Part shown: one piece after another, positions 52,986 to 61,889 of the stretch | How the letters are laid out: each line of letters starts with the position of its first letter | How positions within the stretch are numbered: the first letter of the stretch is position 1 | Assembly (NCBI GenBank): GCA_963815195.1 | Contig: CAWFGE010000020.1 | Span: 320,001-384,000 of the forward strand | Reading direction: 5' to 3' | From: an uncultured Planctomycetaceae bacterium | GTDB lineage: Bacteria; Planctomycetota; Planctomycetia; Planctomycetales; Planctomycetaceae | Length of the DNA stretch: 64,000 nt | Notes under the pieces: model-generated | What the model was told of the DNA's origin: nothing | The model's input: only the letters and a program-made list of their open reading frames with translations | The model's database searches: none | Translations under genes and position numbers: made by a program

Positions 52986-53085
52986 ACAATTCCGCACGGA
53001 AGCACTTTGTCGAGGCGCGGCGACAATTCCGCACGGAAGCACTTTGTCGAGGCGCGGCGACAATTCCGCACGGAAGGAATTTGTC
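52986..53085. repeat. 37-bp tandem repeat, ~2.7 copies
   Basis: ACAATTCCGCACGGAAGCACTTTGTCGAGGCGCGGCG at 52986 and 53023, partial copy at 53060. Confidence 0.85.
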
Positions 53086-53109
53086 AACGCCTCGCCCGGC
53101 TGTTAAAAT
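53081..53109 (+). promoter_or_regulatory. Sigma70-type promoter of tRNA-Leu
   Basis: TTGTCA (53081-53086), 17 nt, TAAAAT (53104-53109), 10 nt before the tRNA. Confidence 0.7.
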
Positions 53110-53118
53110 CACCCCACC

Positions 53119-53182
<64 letters not shown>

Positions 53183-53201
<19 letters not shown>

Positions 53202-53488
53202 TTGGGCCCCCGAAGCCCCTGTTTTAGAGGGTTTCGGGGGTTTTTGCTTTTCCGGGGCGGAATCCTCCATCTTGCCGGGATTGCCAGATTTCGGCACAGG
53301 GCGGCATTGTTCGGCACCAGGCGCGGCGCATAGGCGCTGCAGTTTTCCGGAGCGGTCGCCGGTTTGCCGTCGGTCCCGGTCGCTTGGGCGGCTTCCTTCG
53401 GCTTCGGCAGAGAGGGCAGTTTGCACACCGAACGCGACAGGTCGGAAACCGACTGATGCGTGTCATGGTTTGCGGTCAGCCGTTTCAT
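53183..53488 (-). pseudogene. Possible C-terminal remnant of a tyrosine integrase pointing at the tRNA 3' end
   Basis: RLTANHDTHQSVSDLSRSVCKLP...AAQATGTDG resembles the LTxxxYTH...DLxxAVxxLP...ATGTD tail of planctomycete integrases (recalled pattern; catalytic Tyr absent). Confidence 0.4.
53207..53251 (+). terminator. Intrinsic terminator after tRNA-Leu
   Basis: CCCCCGAAGCCCCT...AGGGGTTTCGGGGG-type hairpin followed by TTTTTGCTTTT. Confidence 0.65.
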
Positions 53489-53778
53489 CTCGCGATTCCG
53501 TCACATCGGCTGAACGGCCCGGCCACTCGTACCGTCTATGAGCCGACTCGCCGTGTTATGTAGGAGAGACAATTGGCGATGCCGCAGGATCGCTGCGGGC
53601 CAGTGGATTTTTCCTGGGACGTGGCGAACTTGGTTTCGGCGATTTTCTGGGGAATTTCCGGGGCCATTCTTGGTAGACTATGGACATTGGCCATTCGCAC
53701 AACGGCGCGGCTTTTGGCGCTCGTTTGTAAAGAGGAGTGACTGATCGGTTTACCTGTCGAGAGCGCATTGGTGAAAGA

Positions 53779-56700
53779 ATGGGGATCGGGAAGAACTCGC
53801 CGTCGCAAGAACCAGCTGCGGACCGCATCCGCTGGCTCTGCGATCAGTTCAAACAGGCCTGGCAAAGCGGGAATCAGCCTCGGATCGAGGACTACCTGGT
53901 TCAAGTTGACGAGTCCATCCGCTCGCCTTTGTTGACGGAACTTTTGAGGATCGAATTCGACCACCACAAACAAGCAGGCCAGGCGATCCATCGCAGCGAC
54001 TACGCCGGGCGGTTTCCCAGTTATGGACGCGAGTTGAATGCCGTCTTCGGCACGGGCGAAAGCAGCGAGACGCAGGATCTTTCCCTCCGAGACTTTTCCT
54101 CGACCGTGGTGTCCCCGGACAGGGTCGTTTGCGGTTCTGAAGAGACGATTGAAGGGAGCGGATTCGCGGTTGACGTGGCGCGCGGGCCCAACCTGGGAAC
54201 GTTCGGCGCGTATGAGATTTTGGCCGAACTCGGCCGGGGCGGGATGGGCGTGGTTTATAAGGCCCGGCAAAATACTGCGGACCGGCTCGTGGCTCTCAAG
54301 GTCATCCGCGCGGACCGCTTCGGCGGCGAGAACGACCCCGGCCGGCAGGAAGCGGTGGAACGCTTCCGCGTCGAAGCCAAAGCCGCCGCGCGTTTGCAGC
54401 ACGACAATCTGGTCACAGTCTACGAGGTTGGCGAAGTGGGCGGCCAGCCGTTTTTTTCGATGCGTTACATCGAAGGCCAAAGCCTCAAGTCGCTGCTCAA
54501 GGACGGCCCGCTGGACAACCGCCGGGCCGCGGCGATTCTGCTCGACGTTGCCCAGGGCGTCTCTGCCGCCCACCAGCATGGCATCCTGCACCGGGATCTC
54601 AAGCCGGACAACGTGTTAATCGAGACGGCATCCGGGCGGGCGATGGTCGCGGATTTTGGTTTGGCCAAACTCGCGGAAGAGCACGGGATGACGTTAACGG
54701 GCGTCGGCATTGGCACGCCGCAATATATGCCTCCCGAACAGGCGTCCGACGCGGCGACCGTCACCGTCGCCAGCGACATCTATTCGCTGGGGGCGACGTT
54801 GTATCATCTCCTCACCGGGCGGCCGCCGTTCCGCGGGGAATTGTATGAAGTCCTGCGGAAGATCAAGGAGGAGATTCCCGCGCCGCCCCGGCAACTCAAT
54901 CCTCGCTGCGATGCCGACCTCGAAACACTTTGCCTGAAATGCCTGGAGAAACAGCCAGCCAAGCGTTTTTCCGCGGTCCAAGAATTGATCGACGAACTCG
55001 AGCGTTACCTGGACCGCCGGCCGATTCTGAGCCGGCCCATCGGAAAAACCGAGCGTCTCTGGCGCTGGTGCAAGCGAAAACCGCTGGCGGCAGCTTTCAG
55101 CGCGGCGGTGGTTGTTCTGGCGATGGTGATTGCTCTCGCCGTGGGACTGGCCCGGCACGCGACCGAATCCAATCGGTTGGCCGAGCTAAACCGGCAATTC
55201 GAAGTCGGATTGGATCGTCCCGAACTCTCGGCCGCCTACCTGGGCCAAATGGACCGGCTGATCGGCGAACTGCGACGTTTTTCGCCCGAAAAGGCTGACG
55301 AAGCCAATCAAAGGTTGAATGCGGAGTTTGTCCAGACGGCGGACAAGAGTCTCCGCAGGCCGCGGCTGTCCGAGGCGGATGTCGCGGAGATCCGCTCGGC
55401 GATCGAATTGCTCGCGGAGCGCGCTCCCGACTCCGCCCAGTCTCTGCAAAACGACTTGACGGCCCGGCTCACGGATTGGCAAACACTGCTCGCGTTCAGC
55501 CCGCCGATGAAGGACGTTCAAACGGTCTTCGCTCAAAATGCCATGCGGGTCAATCGCGACGGCCTGCTCGAACCCGTTGCCAAAAAACAAGGGCCCATTA
55601 CCCTCAATCCTTGGCTGCCTCCAGAGATGCAGAGCGAACGGCTCTTTGCCCCGCGAATCGAATCGCGGGTGAGCTGCGCGCACGATGTGCAATGGCTGGT
55701 GAGATTCGATCCCTCTTGGGAAAAGGCGCATGAGGTGGGGCTGTCGCTGAACGCCTCCGGGAAGGCCGGATATGATTTCGTCCTCCGCGTGCTTTCGCCT
55801 TTGCCCCCGCCAACCGAAACCACTCCGCTGAAACCGGAGGACATCCGCTTCCGTTCCCTGGGGACGGCTCGGGCCGAGAACGGTGAGTTCGTGATGGAAA
55901 TCCGCCGCAATGGGATTCCCCTGGTCCGGCAGCCACTGTCGGAGAAAGAGATTCCGTCCGGTCCTTTGCGATTTTTCGCCGCCCGAGAAAAAGGCCAGCT
56001 CAGGATGCAAATCAATTGGCTCAAGCCTCTGGAAATCTACGATCCATTCCAGATCAGCGGAGGACGGCCCGGCGTGTTCGCCTTACGGTTGACGGGAGAG
56101 GTCGCCATCCGCGAGTTGAAAGCCGAGAGCCGCCGGCAAGCCGCGAGCGCCAGCGGTTTGGAGCGGGGCGACGAGTTGTTCAACCAGGAGCAGTATGATC
56201 TGGCCTTGGAGGAATACCGCCGGCAGGCGCTGGTGGCGGAGGATCCGCTGTTCCGCCAGGAAGCCCGCTACAAACAAGGCCGCTGCCTGATGGAACAGGG
56301 ACGCCGGGACGAGGCGCAGCCGATCTTTGAAAAACTGTTCGCGGTATCCGGCGAACGCTGGTCGCCTCTGGCGGGGCTGCAGCTTTGGCTGATTTTGATC
56401 CGCAAGGACGAGCACAAACAGGCCAACGAGTTGTTTCAACTGCTGTCTTCCCGCTACCGCTTCGAGCAGCTTGCGGCCTTGGTTCCCAGCCAGGTCCGCG
56501 AGGAGATCATCGCATTCTCCACAAAGCCCGATGGATTGTTTCGCACCATGCTCATGCCCCGGCCCGACTACGTGCGCGACATGGAACGCGCGGCCGCCAT
56601 CGACCGGTACCTCAGTTACGACGGCAACGGCACGCTCGATCGCCAACTCGATCTCGGGTTAGCCTACATGGTGGTCGGGAAAAACCAAACCGCCGCCGAG

Positions 56701-57969
56701 ATTCTCGGCCCCATCGCGGAACGGCGGCCGGTGACCCGAGCCATCCGCCACTATGTGCGGGCCCTCAGACACACCGGGCGACTCCACGAAGCCTACCTCG
56801 CCATCAACCAGGCGATCGACGCCGTCGATCCCGACAAGCCGGCGGGCACCTTGCACTTATTGATCGACCGGGCCCGAGTCCTCGTCGCGGTGAAAGACTA
56901 CGCCAAGGCGGAGCAGGACGTGCTAAAAGTCCTGTCTTTCAAAGACCCCAACCGGGACCCGGCGACGTACGCCCGCCTGATCCACGGCTTTCTGCTGGAA
57001 CAGCGGGGCGATGCAGCAGGAGCCGTCGCCTGCTGGCGGGACGGCTATCGCGAATCCCGCTCCTTTCTGGCCGCCTCCGCCCGCGTCACCTCGACCGAAG
57101 CCCTGAATATTTTGATCATGGGCTCTTTGAGCGGCGAAATGACTCAGCAGGATGCGCTGCCCGTTGCGGAGAAATTGCTGGCCCAGTCGAATAATCCGCT
57201 GTTTAATGTGTTCCGGTCGGCCGTGTCCCCGAATACGTTCGCGTCGGTCTTCTGCGAGATGTGGCGCACGCCCAGGGGCCGCGACATCGCCCGGGGCTTT
57301 GCCTACGAGAGCCTCTCCTTTCAGGACCGAACCCGCCTCCCCTTGCTGCTGGGCGCGGCGACCTACGTCCAGCAGTCGGCGGTGGGCAAATCGCTGACGC
57401 CCGAAGACGAGGCGTTGGTCTGGCAGGTTCTCGAGACGCAGTTTGATCAGTTTTTCCGAGAGTCCCGCATCACGTCCGCCCAAGCCGTCCAACTGGGGCT
57501 TGCCTGGAAGGGCACGTCGGGTTTTTTGGGATGGGGCGGGGTCGCGCCGCAGTTGGAACGGGAACTGCGGGCGCAGCTCGCCTACATCATGGGCCATCGC
57601 TACATCCGCCTCGGCCAAACCTCGCAAGCGGCCAAATTCTTCGAGACCTCCCAACGAGATGCGCCGGCGGATTCTTTGACCGCTCAACTCGCCGCAAAAG
57701 CCGGTCAGCTGCTGAAGGCTGGCCGAGGCCGGCTCGTCTGCGAGCCGAAAACAAAGGCAAAACCGTTGGTCGTCCACGTTCTCCAAAACAAAAAACGGAT
57801 CGCCACGCTTCGCCTGCCCGACCAGTCGGAAGTCGCGCTGGAACCCGGAACCTATCAGGTCAAACTCGATCCCGAAGATCCCGGCATCCAACTCTCCCCG
57901 GACAACCTTACCATTCGGCTCGCCGGAACCACCCTGCTCACCGCTGACGCCGGCCGGACTGGGAAGTGA
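53779..57969 (+). CDS. Hanks-type Ser/Thr protein kinase with TM segment and TPR-containing C-terminal region
   Basis: LGRGGMGVVYKA, VALKVI, HRDLKPDN, DFGLAK, GTPQYMPPEQ, SDIYSLG; TM AAAFSAAVVVLAMVIALAVGL. Confidence 0.93.
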   Translation: MGIGKNSPSQEPAADRIRWLCDQFKQAWQSGNQPRIEDYLVQVDESIRSPLLTELLRIEFDHHKQAGQAIHRSDYAGRFPSYGRELNAVFGTGESSETQDLSLRDFSSTVVSPDRVVCGSEETIEGSGFAVDVARGPNLGTFGAYEILAELGRGGMGVVYKARQNTADRLVALKVIRADRFGGENDPGRQEAVERFRVEAKAAARLQHDNLVTVYEVGEVGGQPFFSMRYIEGQSLKSLLKDGPLDNRRAAAILLDVAQGVSAAHQHGILHRDLKPDNVLIETASGRAMVADFGLAKLAEEHGMTLTGVGIGTPQYMPPEQASDAATVTVASDIYSLGATLYHLLTGRPPFRGELYEVLRKIKEEIPAPPRQLNPRCDADLETLCLKCLEKQPAKRFSAVQELIDELERYLDRRPILSRPIGKTERLWRWCKRKPLAAAFSAAVVVLAMVIALAVGLARHATESNRLAELNRQFEVGLDRPELSAAYLGQMDRLIGELRRFSPEKADEANQRLNAEFVQTADKSLRRPRLSEADVAEIRSAIELLAERAPDSAQSLQNDLTARLTDWQTLLAFSPPMKDVQTVFAQNAMRVNRDGLLEPVAKKQGPITLNPWLPPEMQSERLFAPRIESRVSCAHDVQWLVRFDPSWEKAHEVGLSLNASGKAGYDFVLRVLSPLPPPTETTPLKPEDIRFRSLGTARAENGEFVMEIRRNGIPLVRQPLSEKEIPSGPLRFFAAREKGQLRMQINWLKPLEIYDPFQISGGRPGVFALRLTGEVAIRELKAESRRQAASASGLERGDELFNQEQYDLALEEYRRQALVAEDPLFRQEARYKQGRCLMEQGRRDEAQPIFEKLFAVSGERWSPLAGLQLWLILIRKDEHKQANELFQLLSSRYRFEQLAALVPSQVREEIIAFSTKPDGLFRTMLMPRPDYVRDMERAAAIDRYLSYDGNGTLDRQLDLGLAYMVVGKNQTAAEILGPIAERRPVTRAIRHYVRALRHTGRLHEAYLAINQAIDAVDPDKPAGTLHLLIDRARVLVAVKDYAKAEQDVLKVLSFKDPNRDPATYARLIHGFLLEQRGDAAGAVACWRDGYRESRSFLAASARVTSTEALNILIMGSLSGEMTQQDALPVAEKLLAQSNNPLFNVFRSAVSPNTFASVFCEMWRTPRGRDIARGFAYESLSFQDRTRLPLLLGAATYVQQSAVGKSLTPEDEALVWQVLETQFDQFFRESRITSAQAVQLGLAWKGTSGFLGWGGVAPQLERELRAQLAYIMGHRYIRLGQTSQAAKFFETSQRDAPADSLTAQLAAKAGQLLKAGRGRLVCEPKTKAKPLVVHVLQNKKRIATLRLPDQSEVALEPGTYQVKLDPEDPGIQLSPDNLTIRLAGTTLLTADAGRTGK

Positions 57970-57979
57970 TGCGAAACCC

Positions 57980-58945
57980 TCACGGCCCGTCTTGAAAAAG
58001 CGGGCACTCGTCTAGACGTCTGCGGATTTCCTGTTGCAACCGCCGAAATCCTGGCCCGTTCAATCCTCCATACTGCGTTTTCAAGTTTTCTGCGGAAATC
58101 CCCTCAGGCAGGCCGTCCAGCGCGGGCATGTATGCCTCCGTCACAGGGGATTTTAGAAATCGACGCTGGAAACCTTCCGCAGACGGATCGTCTCGCGCCG
58201 CGTTGACGCCGAACCGTGATCCCGCCTGGTCCGCCAGGAGATCGACAAATGAAAACCCACTGCCGCCCTTCTCCATGTCGGCCTGTTCTTTCATTTGCCC
58301 GATCAGTTGGCTTAACGTCTCATGCGAAAGAGCGGCCAATGCGGCACTGATGCAGAAATGTTGAGCAAGGTCCCGGCGGCCGCGCAATCGCACACTACTG
58401 CCCAGCCGCCAAATATCGCGTTTCGTTTTTTCATCGGGAACAAAACCTGCAAACCAGGCGAAGCGGGAATGGCCGACAACAATGCCCAACGCGGCGAGAG
58501 CCGCCATGTTTTCTTGCTTTGAACCAGATCGTTGCGATCGTGTCTGGGCAAACGAAATGCTGGATTGCATGACCGTGGAAAGGTCAATCGTTGTGTTTTC
58601 CTGATTGCGGTGATGCGAATCCAGAAAACCGATCAGGTGATTGACGTGCGATTCGATGGCCCTTTTGGAAGGACCGTCCATTGTTTCCGTTTGATGATCA
58701 CGAATGTCACGGATCGCCTTGCTCCGCCTTCGCTTTGAAGATTCCGCATTTTGGTGCTTCTGGATGTGTGGTCTCTGGCGGAGGCTTGGCTTTTCCGCGC
58801 TCTTTTTCTTCAGTGCCAGCCGTGGAACATCCCGCGAACGCCACAATTGAAACGCATAAAACGCAAAAAACGCCAAACTCACCAGACATTTCGTTTCCCA
58901 AAAAACACAGAGGATTCTCCAGAATTTCCGCCTGGACCCCAGCAA
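57980..58945 (-). CDS. Hypothetical protein, possibly 5'-degraded
   Basis: Protein-like C-terminal half RDLAQHFCISAAL...KEQAD...GGSGFSFVDLLADQAG; N-terminal part looks less protein-like. Confidence 0.55.
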   Translation of the reverse strand: MLGSRRKFWRILCVFWETKCLVSLAFFAFYAFQLWRSRDVPRLALKKKSAEKPSLRQRPHIQKHQNAESSKRRRSKAIRDIRDHQTETMDGPSKRAIESHVNHLIGFLDSHHRNQENTTIDLSTVMQSSISFAQTRSQRSGSKQENMAALAALGIVVGHSRFAWFAGFVPDEKTKRDIWRLGSSVRLRGRRDLAQHFCISAALAALSHETLSQLIGQMKEQADMEKGGSGFSFVDLLADQAGSRFGVNAARDDPSAEGFQRRFLKSPVTEAYMPALDGLPEGISAENLKTQYGGLNGPGFRRLQQEIRRRLDECPLFQDGP

Positions 58946-59069
58946 ACTCTCCCCAAATAATCACCCACTCAACAAGATGAATTTCACGGTTCGCTTTGCC
59001 CCTTGGCCTCCCCGTCGCTCAGGTCGACCGAATGCCCACCGGGTTTGCAGCCACCTTATGGATCGGCTG

Positions 59070-60854
59070 TTACTCAACAAATTCCAGCCACCCGAAACGT
59101 TCCGGTGCATGAAACGTGCCCTTCAGGGTGGGTGACATGGCGAGGAATCCTTTGTCGGCTTTATCGTGTCGGTAGAGGTTCAGTTTCCAGCGAGTTCCCG
59201 CCTTCGGCATTGTTTCACTGAGGGCCGTCAGCGGGATGCGAGCTTCGACACGCCAGACTTTCGCGGTTTCGTCCACGACGACCGCGGATTCGCCGCCGGC
59301 GGTCCATTCGAAATCCTTGGCAGGCAAGTCGAGCTTCAGGTCCAGCGTCTCACCGGAAGGTGCCCATTCGAATTCCGTGTATCGGGTGATGTGTTCCGGA
59401 TCAGAACCTATGAACGCTTCGACAACGTCGTACTCCCACAAACCCAGTCGCTCTGTCTTTGATGCGGGCAGCCATCTGCTGACTTCCCGAAACGGACATT
59501 CGTAGCTCAGATACAGAAACTTGTCCGACCAGAGCAGCCGAACCGGCGTACTCAAGTCCGGCCGAGCGGTGCTGTCGATGGACTGATATTCCAGCCGACA
59601 GGGAATGGCTTTCTTCCATTCGGCTTCGTTTAACTTACCGTCGGGCACAAAGTCATGGTCAATCTTCTGTGCTCGAACCACGGGTAACGGAATGGACCTG
59701 GCGAACACGCGTCGCGCGTTGTCAAAGTAGATCTTGCGGCAGACTTGGGGAGACAGATTGATGCTGCTGATCAGCCAGTTGCCCTGAATCGGCGTCATGT
59801 GAGCCCAATCGCGATCATCCGTTTCCAACCATCGCCGGCACTTCATGAAAAAGACGACGGCATCGTCGTCGGTCGGATTTTCCGCATCTCCCCCGGAGCC
59901 CAAAATTAACTTGTTGTAAACCATAAAGTCTGTCGCAAACAGAATCCGGTCCTGATACTTTTCAAACAGGCCTCGCACCTTGGCCGGATCGTGTCGACCG
60001 AGTTCAGGAATTCGTGCCGCAAGATCGACATACATGTTCGGATAACGTTTCAATGCCGCGTCGACCCAGTCCAGGTCTTCGGGATTATTTGCGAAGTGGA
60101 CACGAACAAACGTGGTCCGAGGATGACGTTCAATGACTCGATTCAACGCTTCAAGCAGTTCCATGCGGGGGGGATATTTGGCTGGATCGCCAAACCACCA
60201 ACTGCGGTGATCCTTGAGTTCCGTCCAACGCTCATTTGTCTTGTTGTACGGAAGCCAGAACGCCTTCGGATCACCCACGTGAATGCTGACTGGCATGTGG
60301 AGTTCACCGCATCGTCGCCAAACGGGATCAAGTTTCTCATCATCGATGCGAATGAGTTTCCCGCTGCCATCCTTCAGGAACAGCCCGAGCCGTTTGAATT
60401 CTTTCAATCCGGCTGCGCCCAAACGATGGCCGTCCTCGATTTGCTTGACCGCCCGCTCACTCCAGTCCGCATCATCCCAGCCTGCATAGTCCAGAAGCAT
60501 GTGGTGCATGAACCGGCCGGGGTAAAGTTTTTCCGATCGCTCGCGCGCCTTCTGGAAACTCGACGGTTTGCCGTCTTTCGACGTCACTGTGCCTGCCCCA
60601 AGAATCACGCCCATGCCAACGCCAGATCGATCCAGAATCCCAATCGCACGTTTCAACCGCTCCGGCCTGTCTTCGATGTGTTGATGCACGTCGATGATGC
60701 GGTGCTCCCGCCGCCAGACATCCGACGATAGCGTGTCTGCTCTCGGGTCCGGCAGCGTCGCTGTCTGAGCCATAATGCTCGAAGAGGTCAGCAGAAGATT
60801 GAACAGGAATCCGTAGCGAAGCGAATGCAGCAAAATGCAATTGAAAATGGTCAC
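59070..60854 (-). CDS. Amidohydrolase_2 family protein fused to a CBM9-like sugar-binding domain
   Basis: IIDVHQH, PVSIHVGDP, RILFATD; C-terminal PDGKLNEAEW...LLWSDKFLY...DVVEAFI...VEARIP. Confidence 0.85.
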   Translation of the reverse strand: MTIFNCILLHSLRYGFLFNLLLTSSSIMAQTATLPDPRADTLSSDVWRREHRIIDVHQHIEDRPERLKRAIGILDRSGVGMGVILGAGTVTSKDGKPSSFQKARERSEKLYPGRFMHHMLLDYAGWDDADWSERAVKQIEDGHRLGAAGLKEFKRLGLFLKDGSGKLIRIDDEKLDPVWRRCGELHMPVSIHVGDPKAFWLPYNKTNERWTELKDHRSWWFGDPAKYPPRMELLEALNRVIERHPRTTFVRVHFANNPEDLDWVDAALKRYPNMYVDLAARIPELGRHDPAKVRGLFEKYQDRILFATDFMVYNKLILGSGGDAENPTDDDAVVFFMKCRRWLETDDRDWAHMTPIQGNWLISSINLSPQVCRKIYFDNARRVFARSIPLPVVRAQKIDHDFVPDGKLNEAEWKKAIPCRLEYQSIDSTARPDLSTPVRLLWSDKFLYLSYECPFREVSRWLPASKTERLGLWEYDVVEAFIGSDPEHITRYTEFEWAPSGETLDLKLDLPAKDFEWTAGGESAVVVDETAKVWRVEARIPLTALSETMPKAGTRWKLNLYRHDKADKGFLAMSPTLKGTFHAPERFGWLEFVE

Positions 60855-61040
60855 AGGACTTGGCCCTCCCGTAAAAATGGGACATTCAGCAGAAGTTGAG
60901 AATGAGGAGTTCGATCATCATCCTACTTCGGAAACCGCGATTGCGAAACAATGGCGAGAAACCATTTGGCGAACTGTTCTTCGTCCGTCAAAACAATCGG
61001 CCAACCGAACGCGGCACGGGCCAATCTTACGCCACGTGTG

Positions 61041-61225
61041 GCGAACTTGCGGGTCGTGATTGTCGACGAAATCCATGCCTTTGCCGGGGATGATCGTGGC
61101 TGGCATCTCTGCGACGGTGGGAAACCCGGAAACCCTCTCGAATTGGCCGGCCGGTTCTTGTGAGGGACCGCGCGGTATCTTCCTACCACCCGCATTCGGA
61201 AGTGGAGAAGCCGACGTGCAACGGT
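61041..61225 (+). pseudogene. Internal fragment of an Lhr-like DEAD/DEAH helicase
   Basis: LRVVIVDEIHAFAGDDRGWHL (motif II) joined out of frame to SATVGNPE (motif III); no Walker A and no C-terminus. Confidence 0.75.
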
Positions 61226-61397
61226 TCCAGACAGAAATCGCGTCGGTCGATGTGACCGCTGCGACTCGGGAAGTCACCTGGCCGGGGGATAGCAACCTCA
61301 GCGTACCGTTCCCCAAGTCCCATGATGGTTGACTGAGTCCGAGCGGGCGGGGGGGCGGCGACTATTTTCAGCCATAGAAAATCTCTCAATTCGACGA

Positions 61398-61448
61398 TTG
61401 ACGACATGTGTCGACAATGATACGATGGCTTGTAACGACGCATGTCGG
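61398..61448 (+). promoter_or_regulatory. Promoter and two palindromic operators of the BlaI/BlaR1 pair
   Basis: TTGACG (61398-61403), 17 nt, TACGAT (61421-61426); dyads ACGACATGTGTCGA (61401-61414) and ACGACGCATGTCGG (61435-61448). Confidence 0.7.
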
Positions 61449-61481
61449 CGCTCGGTCATCGGCACATTTGGGAGACACACT

Positions 61482-61889
61482 ATGGGAACGCCCGAAGGAA
61501 AACTGACCCCGGTCCAGTTCGAGATTATGCAACTGATCTGGGACTCGGCCCAGGGGCTGACGATCGGGGAAATCTGGGAGGCGATTCGCGCGGGCCGCGA
61601 TGTCAGCCGGACCACCGTGTTCAATCTTGTCGATCGTCTGGCAAAGCGCGCCTGGCTGAATCGCGGCAAAGATCAAGGGGTGTATCGGTATGCCGCGGCT
61701 GTCCCTCGCCCGTCGGCCGAAGCGCAGTTGGCGGCGGAGTTTCTCGAGGAGTTCTTCGACGGATCGGCGGCGAATCTGGTGATGAGTCTTCTCGGTTCCC
61801 AGCGGATTTCCCAGTCGGATATCAAACGGCTGAAGCGCCTGATTCACGAGAAAGAAACGGGATCGACATCCAAAAGAGGAGAATCGTAA
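61482..61889 (+). CDS. BlaI/MecI/CopY family transcriptional repressor
   Basis: LTPVQFEIMQLIW...SRTTVFNLVDRLAKRAWL...YRY...FFDGSAANLVMSLL; GGAGA RBS. Confidence 0.92.
   Translation: MGTPEGKLTPVQFEIMQLIWDSAQGLTIGEIWEAIRAGRDVSRTTVFNLVDRLAKRAWLNRGKDQGVYRYAAAVPRPSAEAQLAAEFLEEFFDGSAANLVMSLLGSQRISQSDIKRLKRLIHEKETGSTSKRGES

Noticed and set aside
52986..53085. 37-bp palindromic repeats as a CRISPR array
   Set aside because: Copies are head-to-tail with no unique spacers, and there are no cas genes in the window.
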